Shown here: one piece after another, positions 1 to 9,645 of the stretch
How positions within the stretch are numbered: the first letter of the stretch is position 1
Layout of the letters: each line of letters opens with the position of its first letter
DNA from: a virus
Lineage: Duplodnaviria; Caudoviricetes
Strand: one strand, 5' to 3'
Length of the DNA: 32,321 nucleotides
Virus record (IMG/VR): IMGVR_UViG_3300032212_000682
Coordinates: 1 to 32,321 of that record
The notes under the pieces: generated by a model
Told to the model about the DNA's origin: nothing
Database searches by the model: none
The model's input: the letters and a program-made list of their open reading frames with translations, nothing else
Made by a program: the position numbers and the translations under genes

Positions 1-375
1 CTACTCTATACTTTCCGGGCTTTCTTTGTCAAAAACGGCGTTATGCGAATCAATACAAGCTTGATAATAACTCAAATTAACAAATGATTGCTGTTGATTA
101 GCGATTGAATCCGCGACCATGCGACCAATGTTATTCATTGAATCAACCGAAAGTTTTGCGAAGTAGTCGCGGCCATCTTTGACCAACTGAACATCAACGG
201 GAAGAGACACCACCGGGGCCGGGTTTTGCGGTTTCGGGCATATAATCGGCGATACTAAATAGCTCACCTTTGCTTGAGGCTTCCAAGGCCATGAACAACC
301 CATTAATATTTGCGTTAAGATTGCGCTCAACATCAACAAGCGGAATTTTTTTTGTCCATTGCTCAATGCCTGCAT
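1..375 (-). CDS. o-spanin (Rz1-like outer-membrane lipoprotein), 124 aa
   Basis: Start reassigned to ATG 375, which has a GGAGG SD 8 nt upstream; signal peptide KKFRLLMLSAILTQILMG-C with lipobox Cys; Pro-rich N-terminus; overlaps the i-spanin 3' end. Confidence 0.75.
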   Translation of the reverse strand: MQALSNGQKKFRLLMLSAILTQILMGCSWPWKPQAKVSYLVSPIICPKPQNPAPVVSLPVDVQLVKDGRDYFAKLSVDSMNNIGRMVADSIANQQQSFVNLSYYQACIDSHNAVFDKESPESIE

Positions 376-697
376 TTGTAAAACCTCCGATCGCTTTCTC
401 AATCTTCGAACGATTGCGCATAATTGCATCATTTTCGCTTGCCAGCTCTGCCGCCATGACTAACGCAACATTTACCGCGTCTTTATGCCCTTTTATTTCG
501 GCATCTTGCTCGTTTATCGTTTCGGCCGTTATTTCTAAGGATTGCCGCAAAACCGCGCTTTCTGCCTCAGACTTTGCAAACTTAGCATTTAAGCCCTCAA
601 CATACCGATAACCAAAAAACACACTAGAAACAATCGAGAGCACCACAAAACCAACAAGGCCAAATTTGATCATTCGCCAAGACGGGATAGGGAGCAT
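194..697 (-). CDS. i-spanin (Rz-like)
   Basis: One N-terminal TM helix followed by a predicted coiled coil; follows the endolysin and holin; overlapped by a lipoprotein gene. Confidence 0.75.
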   Translation of the reverse strand: MLPIPSWRMIKFGLVGFVVLSIVSSVFFGYRYVEGLNAKFAKSEAESAVLRQSLEITAETINEQDAEIKGHKDAVNVALVMAAELASENDAIMRNRSKIEKAIGGFTNAGIEQWTKKIPLVDVERNLNANINGLFMALEASSKGELFSIADYMPETAKPGPGGVSSR

Positions 698-903
698 TAT
701 TTTTTCACCAAATAATCGGCCGTTGTACTTAGCCCCATATAACTACCGATAATCGTACAAAAGGCAAACATAAACGCGCCGACGCTATCTTTTAACCAAC
801 CTTGATAAGCCGCGATCAACATCATTGAAATTAATGCAACCAAAGAAAAATACGACATTACACGCATATTAAACCAACGTGCCTTAGGGTTTGGATGCTC
901 CAT
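697..903 (-). CDS. Putative holin (2 TM helices, 68 aa)
   Basis: Two hydrophobic segments and a basic C-terminus (KK); TAATG overlaps at both ends favour ATG 903 over 924. Confidence 0.6.
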   Translation of the reverse strand: MEHPNPKARWFNMRVMSYFSLVALISMMLIAAYQGWLKDSVGAFMFAFCTIIGSYMGLSTTADYLVKK

Positions 904-1283
904 TATGTATAACTCCATATCCACGGACGCGGCCTTGTCTCGGTCGCCTCCAAATCATCTAAATGATAAAAACGATCTTTCCCATGTTGCTTCATGCCGA
1001 TACCCGTAAAACCGAAATGAGGCGCAAACTTATTAACCAAATACGCACTTTCACCCATCACAAAAATATCAACCGCTCGCCCGGTTGTATGCGGGCCATC
1101 TCGCCCCGTCGTTGAAACAATCTCATTACGATCGGCGCAACGATAAGCCGACGAAATCAAAAAAGGAAAGGCCAACCGCTCACGCAATCGATCAAGCCGT
1201 TGCATAAACTGTGCATCCATATGCACACGCCCACAGCAACGACAAGCAAGCTCACTATTTGTAAAATACTTATATTGACTCAA
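903..1283 (-). CDS. Endolysin, peptidase M15A-type Zn metallopeptidase
   Basis: Motifs FTNSELACRCCG, ISSAYRC, HTTGRAVD, FYHLD. Confidence 0.88.
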   Translation of the reverse strand: MSQYKYFTNSELACRCCGRVHMDAQFMQRLDRLRERLAFPFLISSAYRCADRNEIVSTTGRDGPHTTGRAVDIFVMGESAYLVNKFAPHFGFTGIGMKQHGKDRFYHLDDLEATETRPRPWIWSYT

Positions 1284-1543
1284 GAGCCAACCTTTTTAAG
1301 CAGCATCGGGAATGCAGAAAATGCAATCAACCCAATTATAAAAATTCCGATAAACGTTTTTAAAAACGTACTTTTTGTTTGCTTCCACACTTCCAACAAA
1401 TCATCAAGCCGCCTATGCGATTCGTAATGTTTTTCAGGTTCAATCCAAAATTTTTGCATCTTACTATCGAACTTATCAAATAGCTTGTCCGCGATTTTTT
1501 CGACTTCATCCTCTGACAATTCGTTCACCAGTTTTTTATCCAC
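1280..1543 (-). CDS. Small membrane protein with one C-terminal TM helix (holin/antiholin candidate)
   Basis: GTG start with GAGG SD; charged N-terminus then TFIGIFIIGLIAFSAF; ATGA overlap with the endolysin. Confidence 0.6.
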   Translation of the reverse strand: MDKKLVNELSEDEVEKIADKLFDKFDSKMQKFWIEPEKHYESHRRLDDLLEVWKQTKSTFLKTFIGIFIIGLIAFSAFPMLLKKVGS

Positions 1544-1568
1544 AAATAAACCTCATTCAATAAATAAA

Positions 1569-4500
1569 TTAATCAGAAAACCACACCGCCAACTCATCGG
1601 CATGATAATCAAGCGGCGATCGACTCGCAGAAACGTTGTTATTAATAAAAAACGTAGAAAATAAGTAATCAACGTTATCACTACCCGGAATATAAGTCGC
1701 ATTAGTTTCGGTGTACTTCAACACACCATCGATATAAAACTCTATCTTTAATGAAGGCGAATGTATCAACCTTATCTCAACTTCATAAACTTGACCACCA
1801 CTTGTCGGAATAGACAAACCTGTTGACGTTGCTTTTGTTGACGTACCCTTCGAAAATACATTGATAGCATTACCTGTAATTTTCAAACCAAAAGCTTGAG
1901 ATGAATAACGGTTTAAGCCGATATATGTATCACAATCAGTTGAATAAGTCGCACCTATCGCCTCAAAATAAAACTTCCAGACAATATCTTTAGCAAACGT
2001 ATTTTGATTATATTTTCTATGATTGACCATATCAGTATATTTACCAGCAGAAGCCGCAAGCGAAAGAGTATCAAACTTTAAACTTCCTGCGAAAAAACTC
2101 GGAATATAGCTCCCGGTTAATCGATTTGTATTATCAAAATAATGTCGGAAATTAAGTGACTTATTACTAATCGCATCAATTCCCTTAATACTTACCGGCA
2201 CCGTTGCCGCATCTATGCCGCCTTCTATTGCTGTTTGCGTTTGATCCGCACTCGCCTCCGCCGCCACATCAAGCGACACGCCAGACTGCCAAACCTCCGC
2301 CGCGTAAATGTTTTCAGGAGAGTCACACACCATTGTACCAATAATTGTCATGGATGAATCAGGCGTAAACGACACCCATGCCGTGTTGCTATCATAGTAC
2401 CATTGGCCAGCCTCTTTTTTTGCAAAAACAATGTTATACGATGTCGTACCGGCTACCGTAAACGGGTTACTACCCCCCGTTCTTTTTTGTGTATCAAAAA
2501 CAATATATCCAGAACCCGCCTGACTCGTTAATACTGAATAGTAAAAACCAGAGGCATTAACCCAAGGGAGCGTTATTCTAGCACCATTAAAAACTATCTC
2601 CCCTTCCTTAAATATATCCGGCACGCCATCTGAACGAAAGCCATTTATAAACGCCTCACCAGTATTAAGCGTTAATGTACCCGTATAACGCATTTTATTT
2701 ATGTTTATAGTAATACTAGGCGCATTAACCTCCGCACCTGCTGCCGCTGGCCCATTAATTAAATTAATCGCATTTAAATCACCTTCTGTATACGCATTGG
2801 AAACCGTACTCCATGCCGCACCAGTCCAACGCTTCATTAATTTATCGCTTGAGTTGTACCACAAATCGCCGACGCCCTCCGCCGTTGGCGTAGAAGTAGC
2901 AAAAAACGTTGTCACTTTGCCATCCGCAGTGGCCTGCGCAGTTGAGGCGTTACTTATTGCCGTAACAATATCGCTATCCTGCCTATTTACCCATGCCCCA
3001 GACTCCCGAATATATATCCTATTGCCGTCATCGGTATCGAACCAGATATCACCCTCGGTTGCACCACTTGGCGCGGTCGCTTGATAATAACTTTGTATTG
3101 CGCCATCGGCCGTGGCTTGCGCGGCCGCCGCATCAACTAAAGCCTGATTAATATCCGCATCCCTTCGCATAACCCAAGCCCCGGACTCATAACGATAAAG
3201 CTTGTTCCCGTCATCCGTATCGAACCAAACGTCACTTTCAACCATTCCCGAAGTAGGCGCACTAGCCTGTGCGTAAATATTATTTTTTGTTGCACCAATT
3301 ACCGCCGGTTTAAGCGAATCAATTTCCGTCCCACCTGAATACTTATACTTGCCCGCCGTACCAGACACACCACCGGTTGCGCTTGACGGATTTGTTGCGG
3401 TTGACGCATGAAAAGTTGTGTCAAAATGATCGATCCAAAAATATTGCGTTGTGCCCGGTTGAAAGCTAACAACCCACTCTTGCTCACCGCCGATGTTAGA
3501 CACGCCCACACTAAACGCCGGGCTTGCCGGCCTTGAGTTTGTCGCGCTCTGATAAAAGCGCACGTCACGCAAATCGGCATCACTCGCGTTGATCCAAGAG
3601 AGCTTAACCCCACCCTCAACCGGCGTTGCAACTAAACCGCTTGGCGCATTAGGGTTTGCGTTCTTACCCACAATTGTGTGTGGATTACTTGTCGAATAAT
3701 GCCACTGTCCGGGCTCACCCCATTTATTAATTGAACGCATACGAACATCGACTTGTTGTCCTTCAATAAACTCCACTGCAAACAATAAATTGTTATCCGT
3801 GCGACTAGGCATTGGCCCGAGTGATCGATATAACGATGAAAGATCACTGCTTAATTTTATTTGTATTTCGTATTTATCAACGTTCGGGTCGGTTGATGGC
3901 GTCCACTGCGCAAACACTTGCGCTTGCACACTGCCATCTTTGTTCGTTTTTGTGTAGTTACTCGAAAGCGTTAACCCCGTCACAGGCGTCGGATTAAGCT
4001 CGTTTTGCTCGTCTTCTGCCGGCTCATCACCGGGCACAAATTGAAGCAATGAAAAAGACTGTGACCGATCAATATTAGTTAAATCTTTATCTTTTCGATA
4101 AAAATAATTATTAACCGTATCACTCGTATCTTGATCGCCAGTTTCCAAAACCAAAACGTCGGACAAATCAGGAATTGCGCCATTGCCATCAATAACCAAA
4201 TGATACGCGCCATTGTGCCCCGGCGCACCCGGCCCCGCTCTATATTCATAATACATACTACCGGCTGAACCATCGCCACCAGATAAATTTATTTTTGCCG
4301 ATGCACCAAACGACGCCCCTCGACAAATCTCTTGCAACGCGGCACCACCGCTACCACCATCACCACCCACACCAACACTTGAAGTGTCGATATATGTAAC
4401 GGGATTACCGGCGCGCCCACCAACCCCAGTTAAAGAACTTGGCAAACCTTTTAATGTTGCCCCGTCATATTCCAATGCAAAACGCGGCAAACCATCCCGA

Positions 4501-6545
4501 TATGTACCAACATGCAATGCGCCCGCTACTTTTACCGGGTTAAAGTCCTCCGCATTAAAAGCAGATTGACCACCAGAACCCCCGCGTGAAGAACCAACCC
4601 CACCCGTCACCACCGGCTCATTCCCGTACTGCCCAGAATACCCCGTACCACCCGCCGGCCCACCGCCAACACCGTCAATGTTGCCGTTCGTTGTCCGATG
4701 ACCGGTGCAAAATATCCTTGCATTACCTGTTAAAAAAACAGTTGCACCAAAATCAATTGTTAAATCGCCATCATGCCACCACTCGCCAGCATCAAACGTT
4801 GCCCCACCGGTCAAGGTAATGTCCGCCGTTATATGACCAACCCCACCCGTATTAGTATACGCGCCCGGAAAATTCGTGGCGTTTATCTCACGATTAGCCG
4901 GCCCAATAAAATAACTATCTGGCAATACATTTGTTGTTTGCTGCACAAGGTCGGCAACATTTACACCACCGCTTGAGCCTTCACACTCAAAGCTCGTTTT
5001 ACCACTAACCAAATTGGTCTCACCACCAACAACTTCAAAAGATCGATCAATGGAATTTGTCGCGCCGGTATAATCCCGAATCTTATCGGTTCGCACCAAA
5101 ACAACATCGCCGTTTTCAATGTTAGACATCTTCGGCAATACGTCCAAATCTAACAGCAAAGGCGGTTCAACGGTTCGATCAACATGACGCTGTACTATTT
5201 CAGTTATGGCCGACAAACTGTGCCGGCTACCATGCAAGCCCTCAAGCACAATTGTTTTTACTGGCCTTTTCTTGTTTCGTAAAATACTGGCAGGGAAAAT
5301 AAACTCATTACTTCTTATTGTCTTTTTAAATAACGCAGAAAAATGCCAATCAACAATAAAACGATTACGACAAGCCGGATAATCATATTTTAACTCGCCA
5401 AATGATACGATATTCGATTCATCCAAAACCGCAACGGGCGTTGCGTCTTTCTTTATTGGTGGTCGTTGATTCAAGCCCCACTCCCCATTGGGATAAACCG
5501 GCATAAAACAACCAATCAAAGGCAACAACTTTTGCTCTATAAACTTTTTCGCATTGGTTTTTTTTATATCGCCAAAATAACAAACATTGCCCAAGGTATC
5601 GTCACTCGGGTCATAGATATCTAAAATTGCAGGATTGTTAATAAAGTCATCATTAGCGACAAACTCTGCATCAATATCCGCGCAATAATTTAAGGGTAAC
5701 GACTTACCCGATTGACCATTCAACGCGCGTTGCAAAATCGCATAAATAAATTTTACCGTCGGCATCTCAATGTAAAAGCGCTCAATAACTTTTATTTGCT
5801 TTAATTCGCCGCCGCCACTATCTACCGAATGTTCAACCGCTACCGTACCCAGCGCCCCACGGCCATTCGTATCAATGGTATAATAAGGGCCATAAGTCCC
5901 ATCAACACCCCAACCAGTACAGCGCACACATTCTTTTTCTACCCAAACATACAACACATCTTTATTTGGCGCATCGCTATAACTTGCCCCATGCGGGTTC
6001 AATTCAATACCAGTCTCAAACACATAAACACGGCCGGTTTCAGTCTCGCTTAATGTCCGACTTAATCGTGTTTCTACAGGAATAAATATTTCTGCATCAT
6101 TTGCAAGCCGCTGCACATCTTCGGCAAATAACTTATACAACCCTAATTTAAACGATAATGTACCAATAGTATTAGTCGATTGAATCTCATAATCATCAAA
6201 CGATTGACCATGAAAACCATCATAAACTCGAACACGTTTTGTTGATAAGCCTTTCCCTTGTCCGTACTTCTCCCGAAACTTTTCGGTAACTTGCGCGCCC
6301 GTGTCAACTGCCTCAACCGTCACCCCACCAATGGAAGAGATGGTTTTCATACGCTGTTTTATGGTACTAGCGTCCTTAAACGTACTCGGCAAAACCACCG
6401 CCCCCGGCGGGTATGCACTATCAGCATGCGACAACAACCAAACCGGGTCGCTGTTATCGTCTTCAAAATCAATTCGCACAGAATACCGTTTTTTCTTTGT
6501 TACCGCTTCAAACTTTGCCGCATAATTATCGTTAAAAATTCTCAC
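1569..6545 (-). CDS. Tail tip / central fibre (host-specificity) protein, 1658 aa
   Basis: Lies after Dit; hub-like N-terminus, Gly-rich segment, two FN3-like domains (PVTGLTL..W, PSGLVAT..LSW), three GD(V/I/L)W(F/Y) repeats, beta-sandwich-like C-terminus (IEFYIDG). Confidence 0.8.
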   Translation of the reverse strand: MRIFNDNYAAKFEAVTKKKRYSVRIDFEDDNSDPVWLLSHADSAYPPGAVVLPSTFKDASTIKQRMKTISSIGGVTVEAVDTGAQVTEKFREKYGQGKGLSTKRVRVYDGFHGQSFDDYEIQSTNTIGTLSFKLGLYKLFAEDVQRLANDAEIFIPVETRLSRTLSETETGRVYVFETGIELNPHGASYSDAPNKDVLYVWVEKECVRCTGWGVDGTYGPYYTIDTNGRGALGTVAVEHSVDSGGGELKQIKVIERFYIEMPTVKFIYAILQRALNGQSGKSLPLNYCADIDAEFVANDDFINNPAILDIYDPSDDTLGNVCYFGDIKKTNAKKFIEQKLLPLIGCFMPVYPNGEWGLNQRPPIKKDATPVAVLDESNIVSFGELKYDYPACRNRFIVDWHFSALFKKTIRSNEFIFPASILRNKKRPVKTIVLEGLHGSRHSLSAITEIVQRHVDRTVEPPLLLDLDVLPKMSNIENGDVVLVRTDKIRDYTGATNSIDRSFEVVGGETNLVSGKTSFECEGSSGGVNVADLVQQTTNVLPDSYFIGPANREINATNFPGAYTNTGGVGHITADITLTGGATFDAGEWWHDGDLTIDFGATVFLTGNARIFCTGHRTTNGNIDGVGGGPAGGTGYSGQYGNEPVVTGGVGSSRGGSGGQSAFNAEDFNPVKVAGALHVGTYRDGLPRFALEYDGATLKGLPSSLTGVGGRAGNPVTYIDTSSVGVGGDGGSGGAALQEICRGASFGASAKINLSGGDGSAGSMYYEYRAGPGAPGHNGAYHLVIDGNGAIPDLSDVLVLETGDQDTSDTVNNYFYRKDKDLTNIDRSQSFSLLQFVPGDEPAEDEQNELNPTPVTGLTLSSNYTKTNKDGSVQAQVFAQWTPSTDPNVDKYEIQIKLSSDLSSLYRSLGPMPSRTDNNLLFAVEFIEGQQVDVRMRSINKWGEPGQWHYSTSNPHTIVGKNANPNAPSGLVATPVEGGVKLSWINASDADLRDVRFYQSATNSRPASPAFSVGVSNIGGEQEWVVSFQPGTTQYFWIDHFDTTFHASTATNPSSATGGVSGTAGKYKYSGGTEIDSLKPAVIGATKNNIYAQASAPTSGMVESDVWFDTDDGNKLYRYESGAWVMRRDADINQALVDAAAAQATADGAIQSYYQATAPSGATEGDIWFDTDDGNRIYIRESGAWVNRQDSDIVTAISNASTAQATADGKVTTFFATSTPTAEGVGDLWYNSSDKLMKRWTGAAWSTVSNAYTEGDLNAINLINGPAAAGAEVNAPSITININKMRYTGTLTLNTGEAFINGFRSDGVPDIFKEGEIVFNGARITLPWVNASGFYYSVLTSQAGSGYIVFDTQKRTGGSNPFTVAGTTSYNIVFAKKEAGQWYYDSNTAWVSFTPDSSMTIIGTMVCDSPENIYAAEVWQSGVSLDVAAEASADQTQTAIEGGIDAATVPVSIKGIDAISNKSLNFRHYFDNTNRLTGSYIPSFFAGSLKFDTLSLAASAGKYTDMVNHRKYNQNTFAKDIVWKFYFEAIGATYSTDCDTYIGLNRYSSQAFGLKITGNAINVFSKGTSTKATSTGLSIPTSGGQVYEVEIRLIHSPSLKIEFYIDGVLKYTETNATYIPGSDNVDYLFSTFFINNNVSASRSPLDYHADELAVWFSD

Positions 6546-7285
6546 AATATGCGCACCGTAAAACTTATTTTGAAATTATCACGATTCCCGCGTTGCTCTA
6601 CCCAATCCCCATCAAGCATTGCAGTTTTTGAGTCAATCGGAGTCGCTGCCAAGCCGTAAGGGTCAAAAGTGAATTGCTCACCTTCGCGCACAGAGTTTAA
6701 AAATTCCATCCATTGCAACCACGTAGTCGAGCCATAAACCATTGGCTCAGTCGTAACGGCATACCGTTCACGCATATCATCCGCTAGAGTTTCCGGCGTA
6801 CCGTCCAAGGCTTCATGCACTGTTTTAGGTGTACGCTTAATCGGATTCAACGCCGTTGCATAAAAGTCTAAATCCCATTGATTCGCACCCAACTGCAACG
6901 ACACATTGTCAACCGAACCAACAAATGAAGAATCCTTGCGCAACTCAAGCGCAATGACACCCACCCCCGCTTGAATTACATCATTAAATGTTCCATTGGC
7001 CGTACGTGATACACCGGCCGTGTCTTTTACAAGCGGCTGCAAACTTCCAGCAGATACACCGGACAAGGTATAAATCAAGCTATAATTTAACCCTTGGCTT
7101 AATGGGAAATCTTGTTGCAAATCACTGGCAACACCCGACACCGCACTTGCCACCCCTGACCCAATCGACCACCCCGAGCCTTTATTCCATGATGAATCGG
7201 AGTCAAAACCACCATTTGTCACCAACTCTATTGGTTGATGAGCTGCAATCAAATTTCTCGTGCCAACATATTTTACAAAAGCCAT
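6542..7285 (-). CDS. Distal tail (Dit)-like protein with an inserted carbohydrate-binding-like domain
   Basis: Between the tape measure and tip genes; C-terminal FLNSV..GEQFTFDPYG; insert ELVTNGGFD..W....W...VDNVSL resembles a galactose-binding-fold CBM. Confidence 0.6.
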   Translation of the reverse strand: MAFVKYVGTRNLIAAHQPIELVTNGGFDSDSSWNKGSGWSIGSGVASAVSGVASDLQQDFPLSQGLNYSLIYTLSGVSAGSLQPLVKDTAGVSRTANGTFNDVIQAGVGVIALELRKDSSFVGSVDNVSLQLGANQWDLDFYATALNPIKRTPKTVHEALDGTPETLADDMRERYAVTTEPMVYGSTTWLQWMEFLNSVREGEQFTFDPYGLAATPIDSKTAMLDGDWVEQRGNRDNFKISFTVRIL

Positions 7286-8931
7286 TAGCCCGCAATCCTA
7301 AAATCTGTATATGTCACACCATCACCACCCTCGATCACTAATCGTTGCTTATTGATCGCGGCCGGAAAACCTTTGACGACAATTTCTTCTGACACTCTTT
7401 CGCTGAACTGAAACACAAAGCGCAACTCTGTCGAGCCTTGATAAGGCGACTCATTTGCACTTGTATTGTCCGACCCGATAACACCACCACTTGCCCCACC
7501 GCCGATACTCGCGGCCGGCGTTGACGAGGCACCACCATCAAAACGGTTAATACCCTCAGCAATAGAAGCGGCACCAGTGAGCAAAGCCGTACCCGTACCC
7601 GTGGCACGTATTTGTGCCGCTAGCCCTTGACCTAGCACCGGCCCCAAACCAATTGGCGGCGGCGTTAGTGCGGCAACCGCTGCAACATTGGTTTGTACTA
7701 AAATACGTTTTACAGCAATGGCCTTTTCAGCAATAAATGCCGCAATTGCGAAAGCTTTTGATTTTTGCCCCAAGGCTTGCATAAAATAAAGCGCGCCTTG
7801 CGTGCGCTGTTGTTCGAGCGATAACATTTGCTCTGTCACCCAGCCAAGGCCATCAAGCCGCTCTTGCTGCATGCGTAACTCATCCTCTAGCATTAACCGG
7901 TTGTTTTCTTCTGTCTCTTCTCTAATCAATCGATTATGCTCGGCAATAATTTCTCGCACCAATAGATTATGTTCACCTAAGTATTCTATTCTATCCTCAA
8001 ATGATTTCGCCCCGATATCCTCATCGAATTCAGGCGAAACCAAAGAAAAAGCGGCCGCATCATTACCACCATCATTTGCTGCTTTGCGCTTTTCACCTAT
8101 CGCATTCAACACCTCGCGTACACGGTCTTCTGCCTCTTGCATGGTGTTTATTTTTGTAGTGTATTCCGCAATTTTTCCCTCAAAATATGTGACCTGCCCC
8201 CGACCGGTAAAACTTTCTCTATCTTTTACTTGTGACAACGCATCGGAATACTGCACAATTTTTTGCGCGAGCACGCTTGCACTAACATCTCTAAAACTAT
8301 CCGCCAGATTTACGTTTTTCTCTGCAAGCTTCTCAGCTTCATCGGCGCTATTGCGCGTTGAGATGAACCACAAACCCGCCGCCGTTGCTGCCATCGTTAT
8401 CAAGCCCGCCGGCCCACCCAGCGCACCTAACCCAGCCTTCAACGGGCTTAAACTCTTTGCGTGCGCTCGATTTGCTTTAACCGCTTTAGTTGATGCACTA
8501 ATTTGCTCACGCAAACTCGCGGCATATTGCGTGCTACCATTACCAGCAAGTAAAACAGATTTATATTGTTTGGATAGTTGTTGATGATGATTCAGCGCAG
8601 AATCTGCCGCTAATTTTGCGGCCTCTCGCATTTGAATCGTGTTTTTTACGGCACCAAAAGTATTGCCGCTATAACTCAAAACAGCTTCGGACAAGCTGCC
8701 AACCGACGCAATAGCCACGGCGTTACCGCTCGCAATGTTACCACTTAAAGACGATAACTCATCACCAATCGATTTTATTTTTGTCGCACCGTCGGTCATA
8801 CCCGTTGAGATAGAACCGCCAGCACTACCGCCCGCGCTCCCCAACTGGCGTAAATCTTTTTTTGCATCTCTTACAACTGATTTAAAATTGCTGCTATCAG
8901 CCGTAATTAATACGCGCAACCGTTCACTCAT
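7285..8931 (-). CDS. Tail tape measure protein (548 aa)
   Basis: LRVLITADSSNF N-terminus, Ala/Gly-rich helical body, LGGPAG motif; follows the chaperone genes. Confidence 0.88.
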   Translation of the reverse strand: MSERLRVLITADSSNFKSVVRDAKKDLRQLGSAGGSAGGSISTGMTDGATKIKSIGDELSSLSGNIASGNAVAIASVGSLSEAVLSYSGNTFGAVKNTIQMREAAKLAADSALNHHQQLSKQYKSVLLAGNGSTQYAASLREQISASTKAVKANRAHAKSLSPLKAGLGALGGPAGLITMAATAAGLWFISTRNSADEAEKLAEKNVNLADSFRDVSASVLAQKIVQYSDALSQVKDRESFTGRGQVTYFEGKIAEYTTKINTMQEAEDRVREVLNAIGEKRKAANDGGNDAAAFSLVSPEFDEDIGAKSFEDRIEYLGEHNLLVREIIAEHNRLIREETEENNRLMLEDELRMQQERLDGLGWVTEQMLSLEQQRTQGALYFMQALGQKSKAFAIAAFIAEKAIAVKRILVQTNVAAVAALTPPPIGLGPVLGQGLAAQIRATGTGTALLTGAASIAEGINRFDGGASSTPAASIGGGASGGVIGSDNTSANESPYQGSTELRFVFQFSERVSEEIVVKGFPAAINKQRLVIEGGDGVTYTDFRIAG

Positions 8932-9283
8932 GCTTTACCGCCTCGCTTGCTGCCTCTAGCTTTTCTCGGTCAATGGTCAATACTTCATTTTCTAGCACAC
9001 GAACTTTTGCAAAGGCGTTCTGAGTATCTGAAATCGACATCAAATCCGCTGCCGCTTTTACCCCGGCATAGTCCAATCCCTTTAACACATCATTACCCCG
9101 ATAAAGCCATTGTGTTTGCACCGCATCAAACAACACAACCGCCTCGTCATTTTCAGGTAACAATTCCGGCTTAGGGCATTGCTCACAATGCGATTCACTA
9201 TCACGCGCCTTTTTGCAGTCTGTACAATATCCCGGGCCTACGCCGTCCGCGCTCCAATAATAACGCGCCCAGGCTATGAGTTT
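8924..9283 (-). CDS. Tail assembly chaperone C-terminal (T) frame, reached by -1 frameshift (DUF1799-like)
   Basis: LLPEN.EAV.LF..VQTQW...GLDYAGV motif; open in the -1 frame relative to 9274..9636. Confidence 0.8.
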   Translation of the reverse strand, partial: KLIAWARYYWSADGVGPGYCTDCKKARDSESHCEQCPKPELLPENDEAVVLFDAVQTQWLYRGNDVLKGLDYAGVKAAADLMSISDTQNAFAKVRVLENEVLTIDREKLEAASEAVKHE

Positions 9284-9636
9284 TTTCTTTCGATTCCTTG
9301 GCTGCACTCCCACAAGCCAGCATCAAATGCGCGGCGAATATAGCTCACCATCAACAAAGCATCCAAGTTTTCTTGCGTGAAGGCCACCGGCTCGCCGGTT
9401 CCTGAATCCTCTATGCCATCCCAACCCTTAACCTTTTCGCGAAGCTTTTCTTTTGCAAAGGCACTGGCATCCTTAACAGTCAAATTTTTATCAAGTACAC
9501 ATTCAATTTCGTTTTCTGTTAACAACTCATATTTCACATGGATTGTTATATTTTTTAATTTGCCGCTACCATCGCCCAAGGGCTCTTCTATCACGACCGG
9601 CCATAACACCTCACGATTTCTTGCAAACTTAAACAT
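9274..9636 (-). CDS. Tail assembly chaperone (gpG-like)
   Basis: Follows the tail tube gene; VKGWDGIED..GEPVAFT.ENL motif; ends in a slippery site. Confidence 0.85.
   Translation of the reverse strand: MFKFARNREVLWPVVIEEPLGDGSGKLKNITIHVKYELLTENEIECVLDKNLTVKDASAFAKEKLREKVKGWDGIEDSGTGEPVAFTQENLDALLMVSYIRRAFDAGLWECSQGIERKNS
9280..9286 (-). other. Programmed -1 ribosomal frameshift heptamer A AAA AAC
   Basis: Coding strand AGA AAA AAC TCA TAG; X XXY YYZ pattern just before the gpG stop; the -1 frame continues KLIAWARYYW. Confidence 0.85.
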
Positions 9637-9645
9637 GATTATCCT

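Noticed and set aside
1569-2200. Diversity-generating retroelement targeting the tip protein C-terminus
   Set aside because: No reverse transcriptase and no template-repeat copy seen in this window; the region left of the window is unknown
7305-7320. CTGTATATGTCACACC as a LexA box
   Set aside because: The right half-site is not ACAG, and it lies inside the tape measure coding sequence
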